Below are positions 38,381 to 38,658 of a stretch of 38,658 bases of DNA, in pieces (the stretch's first letter is position 1; each line of letters starts with the position of its first letter). The notes beneath the pieces were generated by a model. It worked only from the letters and a program-made list of their open reading frames with translations. It did no database searches and was not told where the DNA came from. The position numbers and the translations under genes are program-made. The DNA is from a virus. The stretch is from UHGV virus genome UHGV-0206453, one strand, 5' to 3'.

Positions 38381-38513
38381 TTTTTGGAACTCCTGGCTGA
38401 TTAAGTACGTCGATGAGTCGTTTCCATCCGTCACGTAATTTACGGGTGATTCGTTCAAGTAAAGATTCGGAAGGGCAGCCAGCAACAGGCCACCCTGCAA
38501 TGGCATATTGCAT
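38373..38513 (-). CDS. cIII: cIII (FtsH/HflB inhibitor), C-terminally shortened relative to lambda
   Basis: Hand-translated 46-aa ORF MQYAIAGWPVAGCPSESLLERITRKLRDGWKRLIDVLNQPGVPKNG with AAGGAG RBS; matches lambda cIII to residue 46; stop overlaps kil start. Confidence 0.8.
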   Translation of the reverse strand: MQYAIAGWPVAGCPSESLLERITRKLRDGWKRLIDVLNQPGVPKNG

Positions 38514-38575
38514 GGTGTGCTCCTTATTTATTTACACATAACGAAAACGCCTCGAGTGAAGCGTTATTGGTATGC

Positions 38576-38603
38576 ATATAAAAAGGCCCTCACATCGGAG
38601 GGC
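38576..38603 (-). terminator. rho-independent terminator upstream of cIII in leftward operon
   Basis: Minus-strand GCCCTC-cgatgtg-GAGGGC hairpin followed by TTTTTATAT; a weaker AACGC...GCGTT hairpin lies just downstream. Confidence 0.5.
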
Positions 38604-38658
38604 AAAGAAGATTTCCAATAATCAGAACAAGTCGGCTCCTGTTTAGTTACGAGCGACA

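Overview
The window reads as a near-complete, circularly permuted genome of a mosaic temperate lambdoid phage (window end joins window start inside the leftward early operon). All calls are from reading the sequence and ORF track against remembered protein families; no searches were run, and non-ORF coordinates are approximate (about +/-2 bp). Backbone: (1) a lambda-type immunity and regulatory region (N, nutL, pL/oL1-3, cI, oR1-3, cro, nutR, cII, nin genes, Q, pR', tR', cIII, kil); (2) a P22-type replication module (O-like initiator with in-gene 12-bp iterons, DnaB-type helicase); (3) a lysis cassette (dual-start holin, SAR endolysin, Rz/Rz1); (4) a P22/Sf6-like morphogenesis block ending in a tailspike; (5) a P4-family integrase, AlpA-like Xis and leftward-operon recombination genes. 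Most notable: a stand-alone single-gene cassette in the rexAB position between cI and pL (best candidate for a novel exclusion/defence function); an HNH-AP2 endonuclease cassette in the pR' leader between Q and the lysis genes; an IS2 insertion (5-bp duplication GAAAA) that disrupts the endolysin; a tailspike whose C-terminal domain carries SGNH-esterase motifs; and a tRNA-Arg-like attP core between int and the alpA-like gene, with a second tRNA-like fragment on the far side of that gene.
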